Source of the DNA: Lepidodermella squamata
Taxonomy: Eukaryota; Animalia; Gastrotricha
Assembly: GCA_047495785.1 (NCBI GenBank)
Contig: JBLDXI010000026.1
Location: 1,302,001 to 1,366,000 of the forward strand
Reading direction: 5' to 3'
Length of the DNA: 64,000 nt
Shown here: one piece after another, positions 23,935-37,930 of the stretch
Layout: every line of letters begins with the position of its first letter
Numbering within the stretch: position 1 is the first letter of the stretch
Program-made: the position numbers and the translations under genes
The notes under the pieces: generated by a model
What the model saw: the letters and a program-made list of their open reading frames with translations, nothing else
Told to the model about the DNA's origin: nothing
Database searches by the model: none

Positions 23935-25179
23935 CCTAATTTTTCCTGATAGAATTGAATTTGATTAAAATTGATGCTTCGATTCTGTGCCAAAAGCTGC
24001 TCTAAAACGAATAAAATAAGCTCATTCGGTTTTTTTAAGTTGAATATATGACAGTTGCGGTTATTAAATTCGTCCGAATCAATATTGGTCGGCGTGAATA
24101 ACCTGGGTTTATATTTAATTTGTGTTTTTTCTTCGCATTTTTTCTGAGAGAAGTTTTTCAGCAGCAGCAGCAGCAGCGAATTTAATTTTGAATGAGTAAG
24201 TTAAACCGCTATGCTATTACCAGCGATCAGCACAATCGCATTTGACGTTTGTTATCGACCATGACCCTGCTCGCAGTTGATTGTCATCATACAGTGCCTT
24301 ACTAAGCGCACAAAAATAGCCGTGCTAATTCTTACAGAACAGCTCATTTTTGTTTGACTAGACAGTATATTTCTTTGCTAAGTAAATTGATCAATATTTT
24401 CGACATTATTCCGTTATCGAGCCGGTTGCATAGCTAATATTCGTTTGCTGGAGATTAAGTATACTAATTTGTAGATAAAGCCTGAGGATAATTAAGATGG
24501 TTCTTGATATCAACTTTTTTTGCGTTTTTTGATAGTTCGAAATTTTCACGAGTCGAGATAAATTTTCTGCGCATGTCTCCCCTAGTTTTCTCACCTTTCG
24601 CCATTCTATTCGGCTATAATCACTGACCAGTGCAAAATGACATTATATAGACGGCTGCTCAATTTGAAGCATGACATAACGTGGTTGATTTAAATGAATT
24701 TTATTGAACTTGACAGGCTATCACAAATAATACGTTATAACGGGCTGGCAAGTCACGCAGTCGATCAAAGGGCATATTTTCATCTAGAAATTAAAAGGCT
24801 TCAGATTTTTCTACGCGTGTCTCGGGTTATTGAAACGGTTAATCAGCCGATTGTTTTCGGTGCGGGACATTGTAAATTACGCCAGCTATGATGCTCGTAG
24901 ATTCAGTAGCCTAGGGCGGAAGCACACATGCATCATCGTGTCACAGTATTCTTTCAATATTATAATAGAATAGAATAGGATTTGTAACTGAATGGATTCC
25001 GTCTAATCATAAAGCATTGTGCTGCCAAATTTGTTTTTTTTGCGTCCCGAGGGATTTCGATAATCTCTGTCTATGTTTTATCTAAAATGCTGATCTCTAT
25101 CGACCCCCGAGACACGCTATTCCTTATATATGTAGTCCCATGATCATTGATATGGCTATTATTTATCTTTCAGAATTGT

Positions 25180-26378
25180 ATGGCTTCAAGTTTTTTGCAA
25201 GAATGTTACGGACTACCGGAAGGCGCTGACTCGGCAATCAACCAGTCTTGGGTTTGCAGTGGCAATGATTCCGAATGCCACTTCCTGTACTTTCAACAGT
25301 TCAACCGGCCGATTCACTGCGTGTACGGCGAGGCCAGCCTGATGACGATCGTCGCAATGCTAGGAGTGCCGGCTAATATTCTAGCTGCAAAAAGCTTTTC
25401 GAAAGCTAAACTCGAGCTGTTCGTGCTCATGATCGCCCTGTCTTGCTTGAATATACTCTCGACGCTGGTCAGCCTCGTGAAAAGCGTTCAAAACGTTTTC
25501 ACGGAAAATTGGCCACTCGAAAATTTCGGTTGTGTATTTTTCGTAATATTCTTTGCCTTCTCCATTCCTGTTCAGGTAAAATTTGAAATTAAATTATTTT
25601 CGAAGTTTTATTGTTCCATTTTTAGAGTTGGATCATGGTTCTAATCAGCTTCGAAAGGCTAACTTCAGTTTCCTCACGAGTGATGATAGCCAAAGTCGCG
25701 AAATATTCGCGAATTCGAAAAATCTCACTAACCCTAGGCTCAACGGTTTTAGTCAACATTTTACTGACCATTCCCGTGGCTTTCGTCACCAGCATTCAGT
25801 ATTCCTATATCGATGGCAGGCGCATCAACTATTGCACAATGGATCTATGGGCTATTTTCCCCAACATTTGGGCTCAAATCAGCTACACAATTTTGTCATT
25901 CGTTTTACCGCTCATTATAATTGCTGTGAATAATCTGTAAGTTCCTCATTATTTGTTACATGATTTATTTTACGAATTTTATTTCAGGGTGATATGGATT
26001 AAGGTACACAACACTGCTAGGTCTCTAACTAGAGCTTTAACAGTTCGCCGGCAGAGGGAAATGACGTTAGCGAAGGTGATGTTCGGAACTGTTTTGTGGT
26101 TCTCGGTTTGCACAATCCCAATTCACATCGTCCTTTTTCTAATCCGGTTTCAATACAAGTCCGAATCGAAATCAATTCAATCATCCGTGTTCTGGGCTGC
26201 TAACCTGATGGCTAATATTCGAGCTGCAGTGAATCCGATATTATTGAGCATTTTTATTTGGAAGCGACGTGTTCGTCGCAGTTCTCCGACAACCGGTGAC
26301 GGAGGTACACTGAGCAACAATTCGAAATCTTCTTACCATCAAGATGGCCCGTTAGTCACTTGCGAAGTGCAAGTTTGA
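25180..26378 (+). CDS. Rhodopsin-class GPCR, FFAR4/GPR120-like (paralog 1, 3 exons)
   Basis: Seven hydrophobic segments; FLYFQQFNRP N-terminal motif, FTENWPLENFGC, SFERL, CTIP in TM6, VNPIL in TM7. Confidence 0.8.
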
Positions 26379-26448
26379 TAGATATTTATTGATTAATAAA
26401 TTCCCGAGTGACTCCTTCTCCGTATTTATTATCACGACTGACGGAAGT

Positions 26449-28056
26449 TCAAATACCTAAACCGAGTCCTACGCTCCACTTATCTTCTTCAGCTCGAATT
26501 TTCAGGAAAGCTCTAGCAGCAGCGCGGACATTTTCGTTGTACAATGTCGGCTCTTCGAACGCGGCGAAATGACCCCCTGACGGCATGTCAGCGTAATGAG
26601 CCAGTCGCTTGAAGCTTCGTCGCAGAACCTGGATAGTGTTTCAAGTTGAAATTAGAACTTTTTTCAATATATGACTTGTTTTTTACATTTTTGTGAACGC
26701 AAAACGCCTCGGCTGGGTAACACGCGGCGGCAGTAGGAACTTCGATGTGCGGGATCGACAGCCATTCAAGCAGATTAGAGCGAGCGTTTTCCCTGTGAAT
26801 AAATTGTCACGAGTTGATGTAAATAAAACAAATTAGTCGCAACGTACTTGTAGAATCGAAGAGCTGGCGTAGCTTGATTACCGATCCAGAAAATCATGAT
26901 ATTAGTTAGGAGTTCATCGTTGCCGAGCCCTTTCCCGGATTTAAACTGAACGTGATGTGACCAGGTTGCGAATTTTTCTAGATAATAGCCAGCAAGTGCA
27001 GCCGGGCTATCAGATAGACCGAATCCTAGCGTCTCAGGTTTCGTGGACTGGAAAAATTAATTTAAATTATTAGCCAAAACAATTCGAAAAATTCCAACCT
27101 GCTCATGGAAATAGCCAGTTTCCTCAAGTAACCACAAGGCATGGCTCGGTTTGAATTTATTATCAGGCTTCTCGTCCTGTTCCAAGAAAAACGAAGGGAA
27201 AGCAGCAGCCCCGACCACGTGTAAAAGGTCCATTGGAGTCCCAAGCACAGGTACTGCGAAGTTGGAATGGTAGCCGATAACCTTATCCGGGTACATGTGG
27301 GTTAGGACAGTTCCAATCAGGGTTCCCCAATCGCCGCCTTGGTAGATGAACTTATCGTAGCCGAGACGAGCCATTAGTGCTTGGAAAACCTCGGCAGCTG
27401 CCATGCAATTGAACCCAGCCTTAGTCGGAGCTTCGGAGAATCCATACCCGGGAATCGAGGGTGCTACAACATCGAAAGACAACCCGTTGTTATTAGCAGT
27501 AAGGAGAGGAATAGCCTTGTAGAATTCAACAATTGAACCAGGCCAGCCGTGGACTAGCAAGAGAGGAACCCTGAGAACAGTTCAACATCAAAGGTAAAAT
27601 TAAGATAGTTGATGACAAATAGAACCTAGTTTTAGCAGAAGAATCTCCCTTAATGTGCAAAAAATGAACGTTCAAGCCATGAATGACAGTCTGAAATTGC
27701 GGTAGGGAGTTCAGTTGAGCTTCAGCTTTTCGCCAATCATAAGAATCTCGCCAATACTTGATGACTTCAGCCAGTTTCTGAGAAGGCAGGCCGTACTCGT
27801 AACCAATTTCTTGGAAGGTAGGTGCCGGCTGTTTCCAGCTGTCGAGGCGTTTTTTAAGTTCAGCCAAAACTTCATCGGAGACTTTAACACTGAAAGGTTT
27901 GATTTCCGTGTTCTTTGAATCCGATTTGCCCCAGACCTGAGGTTGACCGCGCTTGTAGGTCTTCAGAGGATCAGGGAACAACCGAATATTAAGAACCGCG
28001 TACGATACGATTCCGATCAAAGCCGTGACAACTGCGAAAGTAGCTAAACGACCCAT
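26449..28056 (-). CDS. Microsomal-type epoxide hydrolase EH1 (5 exons)
   Basis: N-terminal anchor, EHN domain (YWRDSYDWRKAE), HGWPGS, GGDWG, TKPETLG, RFYK, CYPAE, GGHFAAFEEP. Confidence 0.93.
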
Positions 28057-28813
28057 CAGAGCAAAAATCCTAGAAAAACAAAATAATGTGGTTGAATTTA
28101 TTATATTTTGAGTTACTAATGTTTTTGTGGTCACGCGTTCATACGCATTTTCAACTATATACAGGGTTTCCCCATTCAGAGATTAAAAAAAACAGGACTT
28201 TTTTATCATTATTTTTTGTTTGTGGCCACAATATCAGTTGACCAGGAAAAATTCCTCAATGCGACTAAACTAGACTCGGAAACTAGGGCGATAAAACCCA
28301 GGGAACTATTCACTATAAAGGAGATAAGATAGACAAATCCCGGACTATTTATTATATCGACTTCTAAAAAACAAATCCGCATGAGACCGGTTTCATAACA
28401 TTAAAAAGGAAGAAAATTAATAAAACCAAGCAACACTTCACTGAAATTACGCAACAATATGGAAGACTAAAACTATTGACGAAAAAAGTGACATATGGGA
28501 ATGAGTGGAACCTGAAAATGCAAACCTAAAATTAAAAAAAAATTGTCCGAACTTGGAGCTATTTACCGAGCCGTGAAAACATACCTAATTAACAGCCGAC
28601 TCTCAGACAATATATCTTGGGATGAAATTAATCCGTTCACACTACTGAGTCGGCTTTTTACACTGACCTAATTTTGATCGAAAGCGCGGATAAAAAAACA
28701 GGTGAGTATAATTACCGCAACCCTAATAAAAACCTTCCGAATCATCAGTTTCACTTCATCGAAAAATAAATCATACACGACATCAGGTTTTCATAGCTCT
28801 CAGATTCTTCAGA

Positions 28814-29952
28814 ATGTTCGAAGCTTGCTACATATCGACCTCGCCTTCTGCTGTGAATAAATCATGGCTTTGCGATTTTAACAGTAGCAGGTGTAATTTT
28901 CTTTATTTCCAGCAACTGGACCGACCTTCAGCTTGTTCCATGATCGAAACAATTTGGTCACTAGCTATTTTTATGGTGACGATACCTGTCAACGTAGTCG
29001 CGGCAAAAAGTTTCCGAAAAAGCAAGTATGATCTTTACATCCTTATGTCATTCTTGGCCCTCGGCGACATTTTGCTGGCGGCTCTTGTTCTTACTAAAAA
29101 CATTTTGAGCGCAATCAGTTCGTCATGGCTGCTCGGCAATTTCGGCTGTAACGTGTTTTTCTGGCTTTCCGCATGGCTTATCATTCTGCCCGCTTGGACT
29201 TTAGACCTGATCGGAATAGAGCGAAGATTGGCGATGACTTCAAGTCGAACAAATGGCATGAGAAGCGCTCATACCGCCAGAGTTTTCATTTTTATTTCAG
29301 CCGTAGTTATAATCAGTGGCCTCTACTTGTTCAGCCATAGCTACTTTGGTCTCGTCCTGATATCAACAAATGACATGGAAATAGCGCCTATGTTACCTGA
29401 TCAAGTCGAAACCTTTCAGACTTGTACGATGTCTGTGAATGGAGACCTCCCGCCCTATCTCGTCGAGGGCATTTTCACCGCGGCCACATTAGTCATCCCT
29501 GTCTTCATCAATATCTTAAATTATACGTGAGTTTCCATGTCTAATTTTCCGAGCGAGCTCAATAATTTCGTGTAATTAGATCGATTTGGATCAGGGCGAA
29601 AAACGCCTCTTCGGTTCTAGTTTCTCACCCTAGCCGTGATTTTAACCTAGGAATCTTGATCTTCACTGGCATTCTGGTCTTCACGGTTTGCACGATACCT
29701 TGCCATGCGGCTATTATGACTGTAGCTTACCAGCGATCTAGCCCAGGTTACGCGAAGAAAACCATGGAATCGTCGACATTTTGGGTCGCTTACTGCTGCA
29801 TTTTATTCCGAGGAATATTCAATCCTTTAATTTCGAGCTTTTTTAACCTGAAAAGACGCCGTCGCCTGAGAAGCCAATCTTCTGGAAGTCACTTGCATCG
29901 CAATCAAACCGCACTAACGGCTATTTCTAAAAACACGGAAAATTCAGCATGA
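28814..29952 (+). CDS. Rhodopsin-class GPCR, FFAR4-like (paralog 2, 2 exons)
   Basis: FLYFQQLDRP, IETIWSLAIF, WLLGNFGC, IERR, CTIP, FNPLI. Confidence 0.8.
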
Positions 29953-30818
29953 TTCGATATATAATAATTATAGTTTCACGCTATTGTTGTTCTGTATTCT
30001 AATTTCAGAACAAAGGACTCTGTTGATGCGTAATTCGATCAGGTGATGTACACACTTTAAAGAACGCTAATACATGTATAATAAAAAGCTCTGCTTACGT
30101 TTCCGCCGCTGACAGCTTTTTTTTACTGCGATTTGTCAGATAAAGTGAGATAAGATCTGAAGTCACGGGACTGTATTACTTTTGATAAGTTCAAGTGTTA
30201 GTCCTGTGGGCTTTTGGCCGCTTGTCAAATGTCTGGCGCAGCTGCGCGGCGCTCTTCAAAATCGAGCCATTTTCAATCTGTGAAATGCGAATAGCAGGCA
30301 TTTTACTTAATCCCGAATGCACTATTTTATGCACATGGACAATATCTACGGAGCCTATTAGTTGAAGGATTACAAAGTGACAAATATAGCATCAAATGTT
30401 ATATGAAATCCTCAGACATATTGGGCTTAGTGTCATCATTTAAATTTAAATAGACAACTGTTTATATAAATCTGACCATAAGTCTGGTCTGATTTTTGAT
30501 AATGAGATTACCTGATGTGCTCTATTTTTCTGAAATTATTGCCCTTGAAATGTAATTTCGGAATATACGGTCATATAAGCGCACCTTAATCAGATTGTTT
30601 TGATATGTCTTATACTTAAGTTCAAAGCTTGGCTTCAAGAATGTTCACCAACTGCTGTCATCGATTGTCATTTTATTAATAACCATACGCTGTTTAAGTA
30701 CAGAGTGGAGGCGACAAAACGCCTCTGCCGGAAAACTTGTATGTACTCTAAAAGGACTGATAGTGTCAAAAAATGCTTCTTCTATTCTAGTTTCTAGTTT
30801 AAAATTTCCTAACATCCG

Positions 30819-32006
30819 ATGTCAATATTTGACGAGCTATCTTCATGCTATTCTTTTTCCGAGAATCAAACTTCGGCAATCAACGAATCTTGGATCTGCA
30901 TCAACCAAAACGAATCCGATTGCTATTTCCTCTACTATCAACAGTTTGGAAGGCCAAAGGTGACAGCTTTAATAATATCCTCCTTAACTAAATTGTTAAA
31001 ATTTTAGATATGCCATGGCGTTGAGTCAGTTGTAGCAGTTCTAATGTTCGCGCTATGCGTCCCGGCAAATGCGATATCGACTTACAGTTTTTACCAGAGC
31101 AAAGTTCGATTGGAGCTGCTGCTGCTTATCGCTCTTCTAGCAATTTGCAACTGCGTGATGACGCTACTTGGAGCTTTCCAAAGCATTCTAAGGACTTTCA
31201 CCGACAATTGGATCTTGGGCAAAATCGGCTGCATCGCATTTATCAGCTCTTTCTGGCTCTTGATAGTCGTACCCGCCTGGATGTGGACCTTGGTCAGCTT
31301 CGAACGCAGATTTTCGGTTGTTCTGCCTTCTAAAAAGCCGATACCTCAGGCTCAGAACAGCAGATTCAAGTCAACAATAGCTGCACTGATTATCATTGTT
31401 CTATTAAGTGTTGCCCTTATCTGCTACATGCTTTTCGCCCTTAAAATAGCCGACACGCATGATGTTTACGTTGATCGATACAAAAACGGCGAAGAGCCTG
31501 TCACAGTTTGCGCAGTGATGGATCTCGGGAGCGGATCATATTTGGTTGTTGAGATTCTCTTCACATTTCTGACTTTAATCCTACCTGCTTTAATCAACAC
31601 TGTCAACTATTCGTAAGCGAAAACATTAGAAAAAGTCTCCTTAATCTTTCAAATTTATTTTAGAAAAATTTGGCTCGTAGTTCGCCGTAGTTCGATGCGA
31701 ATTCGAGGCGGCAAACGTAAGGAGGTGACCATTGCCTACTTTCTGGGAGCAACTATCGCGCTGTTTGTGATATGCACTCTGCCGATTCATGCCGCCCAGG
31801 CGCGGATAGCTTACGATCGATATCATTCGAAAACAATGCAAGCGTCAATTTACTGGCTTTCGAAATTTCCACTCTACCTTCGGGCGACGATTAACCCGTG
31901 GATTCTCAGCTATTTCGTGCGTAAGCGACAGAATCTGTCGACAACGGCTAGTTTGGTAGAAAACAGGAGCGATCCTAGAGTTAATGAACTCCTTAGTACT
32001 TCTTGA
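30819..32006 (+). CDS. Rhodopsin-class GPCR, FFAR4-like (paralog 3, 3 exons)
   Basis: FLYYQQFGRP, FTDNWILGKIGC, SFERR, CTLP, INPWILSY. Confidence 0.8.
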
Positions 32007-32629
32007 AGTTTTTCACGCAATAAAAAGTATCCTAATTTATTCACAGGCTCCTGATTTTTCAGAATGCGATCGACTGTACTGATTCGCCACAGAATGCGCT
32101 CGTTTTGGCGGAAACACTGTCTGTTTCTGTAAAATCGAAATTCGCCCACCGATTTTCGGATTTCGGATTAGGCATTTACATGATTGTTTCTCGACAAACT
32201 TGATGGCAAAACCGCGTTATCAATCACACACCCTCTGAAACCAGCTATATTGTCCGAAAAGCGAGGTGAAATCAGAGTTTCTTCTAGAGGCCAGCATCTA
32301 ATTTATAACATTTCAACTGCGCACGGTGTGTAGCTGGATACATATGCAATGGCTTATTATAGTCTATGAAGACTTACGTTCATTCTGAAAAAAAGAATCA
32401 AAGCGTAAAAAAAACGACGACAATTATATACTCAACGATTATTCAACTCAAATGTGTTTGTATTCGTGATGTTTGCGGTTTCCATTTGACCCCCCGCGCT
32501 GCGACAAAAATAGGGTAAATGCTCAGAGACAAGAGCGGTTATCAAGAAATTTTTCCTTATCAACATGCATCAACTGCCTAAGCCGGTCGTAAATTATCAT
32601 TCCCTTTAATTCCTTACTAGGTCACAGAG

Positions 32630-34043
32630 ATGGGTTTCATGAAAACAATTCTTTCGCTTCTGGTTCTAGCAATAGGTGTTTTAGCAGCCTACCGTTTCTA
32701 CGGCCCCAAACCAGAACCAGACCTTGATCGTTTCAAATTACCTGAACCGATACAATGGGGCGAATCCAACAATGTCGATATTGCTATCAAGCCATTCGTG
32801 GTCAACATTTCAAAGGATGTTATCGACGACGTGAAGCGACGAGTTGCCGCTTACAAGTTTGTCCGAGCTCTTGACGGAGCTGGTTATGATTACGGCATGT
32901 CATTCGACGCCCTAACATCGGTGGTGAAATTCTGGCAAGAAAGGTATGACTGGTCCAAAGCAGAAGCCAAGTTGAACTCCCTGCCGCAGTTTCAGACCGT
33001 GATCCATGGAATAAACCTCCATTTTATTCATGTCAAAGCTGTTGTAAAGAACGATCAAAATGTCAAAAGGATTCCGTTGTTGATGGTACATGGGTGGCCA
33101 GGTTCAGTTCTGGAATTCTACCAGGCTATACCTCATCTGCTTGAACCGAAAGACGGAGTAGTGTTCGATATAGTCGCGCCGTCGATTCCAGGCTATGGTT
33201 TCTCTGAAGCACCGACGAAGCAAGGCTGCGGACCCCTCGCAGTCGCTCAAATGTTGGGCGAATTGATGAAAAGACTTGGTTACAACAAATACGTCTACCA
33301 AGGTGGTGATTGGGGTGCAATGATTGGAAATATCCACGCAAGGATGTTCCCCGAGAATGTAATCGGATACCATTCGAACTTCGTAACGGCTCCGGCTACT
33401 ACAAAAATAGATTTGTTCAGATTTATTTCGGCGACAGTCATTCCAAGCACGTATCTCTTTGGCGATGATGTCCATAAAGTCAGCAAGGAAAAGTTTAATT
33501 GGCTGCTTGGCGAATTCGCTTATGCCTTTGAGCAAATGACGAAGCCAGATACGGTGGGGGCAGCTCTTTCTGACACACCGGTCGGCTTGGCCGCTTATAT
33601 TCTAGAGAAATTCGCAACATGGGCGGAACACGTTGAGTTCAAGGACGGAAAAGGCATTACGAACGAAGATATGATTACAAATGTGATGGTCTACTGGGTT
33701 TCTGGGCATGCAACATCCTCACTCCGATTTTACCGGTAAAATATATTTATCGCATTTCCGAAATTCTAATTCGTTTAATTATTGCAGAGAAATGGCTAAA
33801 TCTTTAAAAGAGACCGATTCTTGGTTGAGACATCCCTACGAAATTCCGACTGCCGTGGCTTGCTATCCCGGGGAGCTAATGTGCTCTCCAAAATCCTTGC
33901 TCAGCTACGAAATGCCTCGTCTAGTTCATTATGTCGATATGCCTTCTGGAGGACATTTCGCGGCTTTTGAAGAGCCAACACTGTTTTCTGAGGACCTTCG
34001 TAAAGCTACCTTGGCTTTCATCAAGGCCGATGAGCACAAGTAA
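32630..34043 (+). CDS. Epoxide hydrolase EH2 (2 exons)
   Basis: HGWPGS, GGDWG, TKPDTVG, RFYR, CYPGE, GGHFAAFEEP. Confidence 0.95.
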
Positions 34044-34179
34044 CCGATTTGCCACGGCATGATAAATGAATCAAAATAAATGAATGCTAATTACTAATCC
34101 TATATATCCTCTATCAAAACTAGGGCCTCTCTGAGGGCTCGGGGTGGTTATAGATGGGCGAAGCCACCCGAAAGTACTA

Positions 34180-34356
34180 CAGTAAGTAATCGCCATAGTG
34201 CACTTTCACGGGGGACAAGAAAAAGGTGTACCTAAGCGAAAAGTGTACCCTTGCGAGTCAAAATTAGCTTGTTAACTCATAATTGGGACCGGCCAAAACG
34301 TGTACTATGACGAATAAGTGCACCTTAACGGAGTGTACTATGGCGAGGACTCACTG
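34180..34356. mobile_element. Tc1/mariner-type MITE
   Basis: Imperfect TIRs CAGTAAGTAATCGCCATAGTGCAC / GTGTACTATGGCGAGGACTCACTG, with TA on both sides. Confidence 0.75.
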
Positions 34357-34809
34357 TACCAGATATTTAGATTTTCTCGTATGCACGTCATATCTAGAGC
34401 AGCCTCCGACATGAAAAACCCTGATGTCCTTTTTTCAATATTCAAAATCTGATTCCGGCGACGAGGAAAAAATTGATGAATGCCTGATATTTCTTAATTG
34501 GAAAGAAAATGTATGTCCCACGCTACAATAACATTGATTGATTTCGCAGTATGCATGAAGTGCCATTGTGAGACATCATATATTACCAACATAGATATTA
34601 GGCTATCAATGTGTGGCGGAATAATTGAAGTCGGTAGATTTATTGAAAATTAACGCCTTAATTACGCCTTAGGACTTGGGACATAAATGAGCTACAGCTG
34701 AGCTTTCTAACTTTTTCTAAAAACGGATGAATGGCTCTTAAATAAATAAATAAATAGGAGACCTCATCGAACTAGGTGGCTAGATTCGGTAGAAAGAAGT
34801 CTAAGAAGA

Positions 34810-34960
34810 GTGGGTCCTATAGCCGAAAATATAATGAGGAAGAAAGCTGACGGGTCCCATGGCAGACCTCGTAAAAATGGTAGTAATATAACTGAAATTA
34901 TCGAAACAACTGCACTAGATCGAGACGAATGGCGTAAAATAGTAGAGACTTCAGGAGATT
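34810..34960 (+). mobile_element. Degenerate 3' end of an RTE-like LINE
   Basis: GRPRK...TALDRDEWRKIV resembles the RTE ORF2 C-terminus. Confidence 0.45.
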
Positions 34961-35899
34961 TCGAATTTTACAACAAAAGCAAGAAACTCTCGGACATGGG
35001 AGCGGGTGACTGATTCTTTTGCTTTGCCTTGCCTTCGCCTTTCTCCAAACCCGAAAGGGTATGGACGTTCAGGGAAGTAACACAAAAAATAATGTTCACA
35101 ATGACCTTCGTTCAACCTACTTTTTTACCGCCATCAAAGCGTCTTGGCCAGGCGCTGTTTTTGAAAATCGACGCTACGCTGTTCCGTTTATTTCGGTTCT
35201 TTTTCTGATTTTGCTGTATATGCGCCAGTTTTACCGCCTGCACTTGAACTTTGACATTTAAGTAGGACAATTTTGCCGCCGAATAAATGTTTACCGCCGG
35301 ACGAGCTCGTAAACGAGAGAAACCTAAACTTCGCGCATATTAATTCGAAATGTTTGCGCGAAGTTTTAATTTTATTTGCGCGCTGAAGCCTAAATCCGAG
35401 TTATTAAACGACGCTAACGACATGATAGATAGGAAGCCAAGGAAGGGTCGCGAATCTGGTGTCATGGCACATCACATAATTGGTTATCAGGCCGGGCGGT
35501 TGATCTCGAGGAATTCATTAATAAAAGACTTGCCGAGCGTTATTCCTTTTATAACTTCGCCACTTCTCACGGAACGATCGAGTTACTATCATCGCGTGTA
35601 ATTTTCTAGATGGTGAAATGCATCATTATTAAACAGTGAACCAGTTTGTGAACAGCCGAAATATAATGCATTGCCATGCCTCTGTGGCTATCCTTTCAGT
35701 CTGAAACGAGCCAAAGTGCAAAAAATGTCGAAACCTCAATTCTATTTTAATTTGACCCCTGCGTAGCGACAAAAAATGCGGTATAAATTCCCCAAGACGA
35801 AAGCATGTTCTCATTTTGCCCTCATACATTTCCATTCAACAACTCCGTTCTGAGTGAGACCCATCAATATTTGCTCCAATTTTCTTACTGCATCAAATT

Positions 35900-37294
35900 A
35901 TGAAGATAATAATTTCGCTTCTCGTCCTGGCTGTCAGTGTTCTGGTGGCCTACAGCATTTACGGCTCGAAATCAGAAGCAGCGCTAGACAGGTTTAAATA
36001 TCCCGAACCTCTCCAATGGGGCGAATCCAACAACGAAAATGTTGCTATCAAGCCTTTCGTTGTAAACGTTTCAAAGGATGTTATTGACGATGTGAAGCGA
36101 CGAGTTGCCGCTTACAAGTTTGTTCGAGCTCTTGATGGGGCTGGTTACGACTACGGCATTTCATTCGACGCCTTAAAATCGGTGGTGAAATTCTGGCAAG
36201 AAAAGTATGACTGGTCCAAAGCTGAAGCCAAATTGAACTCACTGCCCCATTTTCAAACCGTGATACACGGAATAAACCTGCATTTCATTCACGTCAAGGC
36301 CGATGTTAAGAATAATCAAAATGTCAAAAGAATCCCGTTGCTCATGGTGCATGGATGGCCAGGATCAGTTCTCGAATTCTATCAGGCTATTCCTCAACTA
36401 CTAGAGCCGAAAGATGGTGTGGTATTTGATATAGTCGCGCCGTCAATTCCAGGTTACGGCTTCTCTGAATCGCCAACCAAGCAAGGCTGCGGACCTGTTG
36501 CTGTCGCTCAAATGTTCGGCGAATTGATGAAACGACTCGGCTACAGTAAATACGTCTACCAAGGAGGAGATTGGGGCGCTGCGATTGGATATGTCCACGC
36601 TAGAATGTTCCCCGAGAATATAATCGGATACCATTCGAATTTCGTAAGGGCTCCCTCTAATACCAAATTGGACTTGTTCAGATTAATATCAGCGACTCTC
36701 ACTCAAAGCACTCATCTATTCGGCGATGATGTTCACAAAGTTAAAATGGACAAGTTTAGTTGGTTTTTGAGTGAAATGGCCTATGCATACGAGCAAATGA
36801 CCAAGCCAGATACGGTAGGCGCAGCTCTCTCTGATACACCAGTTGGATTAGCGGCGTATATACTCGAGAAGTTCGCAACATGGGCGCAACACGTTGAGTT
36901 CAAGGACGGAAAAGGTATTTCAAATGAGGACTTGATTACAAATGTGATGATTTACTGGGTCAATGGGCATGCAACATCCTCACTTCGATTATACCGGTAA
37001 AATATTTATCGCTATTTACGGAATTCTAATACGTTATATTGTTGCAGAGAAATGAGTAAATCCCGAAAAGAGTTCGATTCTTGGCTGAGGCATCCCTACG
37101 AGGTTCTGACTGCCGTGGCTTGCTATCCCGCTGAGTTGTTGTGTTCTCCGAAATCCTTGCTCAGCTACGAAATGCCTCGTCTAGTTCAATATTCTGATAT
37201 GCCTTCTGGTGGACATTTCGCGGCTTTCGAAGAGCCAACACTGTTTTCTGAGGACCTTCGTAAAGCTACCTTGGCCTTCATCAATGCCAAGTAG
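35900..37294 (+). CDS. Epoxide hydrolase EH3 (2 exons)
   Basis: All catalytic motifs present; close paralog of EH2. Confidence 0.95.
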
Positions 37295-37930
37295 CAGAGG
37301 ATTCGCCACCGCATGAAAAAGGAAAGAAAATAAATGAATGATAATTGACCAATTCTGTTTTTCTCTTAAAAACGATGAAGCCTCTCTCAGGGTGATTATC
37401 AGGGTAATAACCAGAGCTCAGCGTCATTATTGATGAGTTTAGAGCCACCAAGTTTCTCCAAAGCGTACCGCCTGAAATGAAAGCATTTCCTTGCCGTTCA
37501 TTGCTCAGGTTTGGATCACCTTATCTTGCTCAAAGTTGAATCAAATTCATAATCGAGGAGATGCAAAAAGGCTTCTCGACCTTTCCTTTTTGCACGTCCT
37601 GGAACCATCTAGTTACTATCATTACATGTTTTCTAGAGATTGTAAATTCCAAAATTTTTGACCGGTATAACAGCCGGAATAATGCAATGAAATGCCTCGG
37701 CGTGTTTATCCTTTCATTCTCTAATGAGCCAAAGCGTAAAAAAACAGACCAATAGTACTCCATTCATAAATTTTTTCGTTTAATTTGACCCCTACGTAAC
37801 GACAAAAACGAGGCATGCTCCGTGAAGAAAGCGTTTTTACAAAATTTGCCTTTAAATATTATCTAAATCAACCTACAAGGCTGGGTGTAACGCATCATAA
37901 TTTCTGACTATACTTCAAACGTTGGGTATT

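Noticed and set aside
28594-28660. Stem AGCCGACTC/GAGTCGGCT followed by a T run, like a terminator
   Set aside because: Eukaryotic context, 9-bp stem with a long loop; may be chance or a repeat remnant
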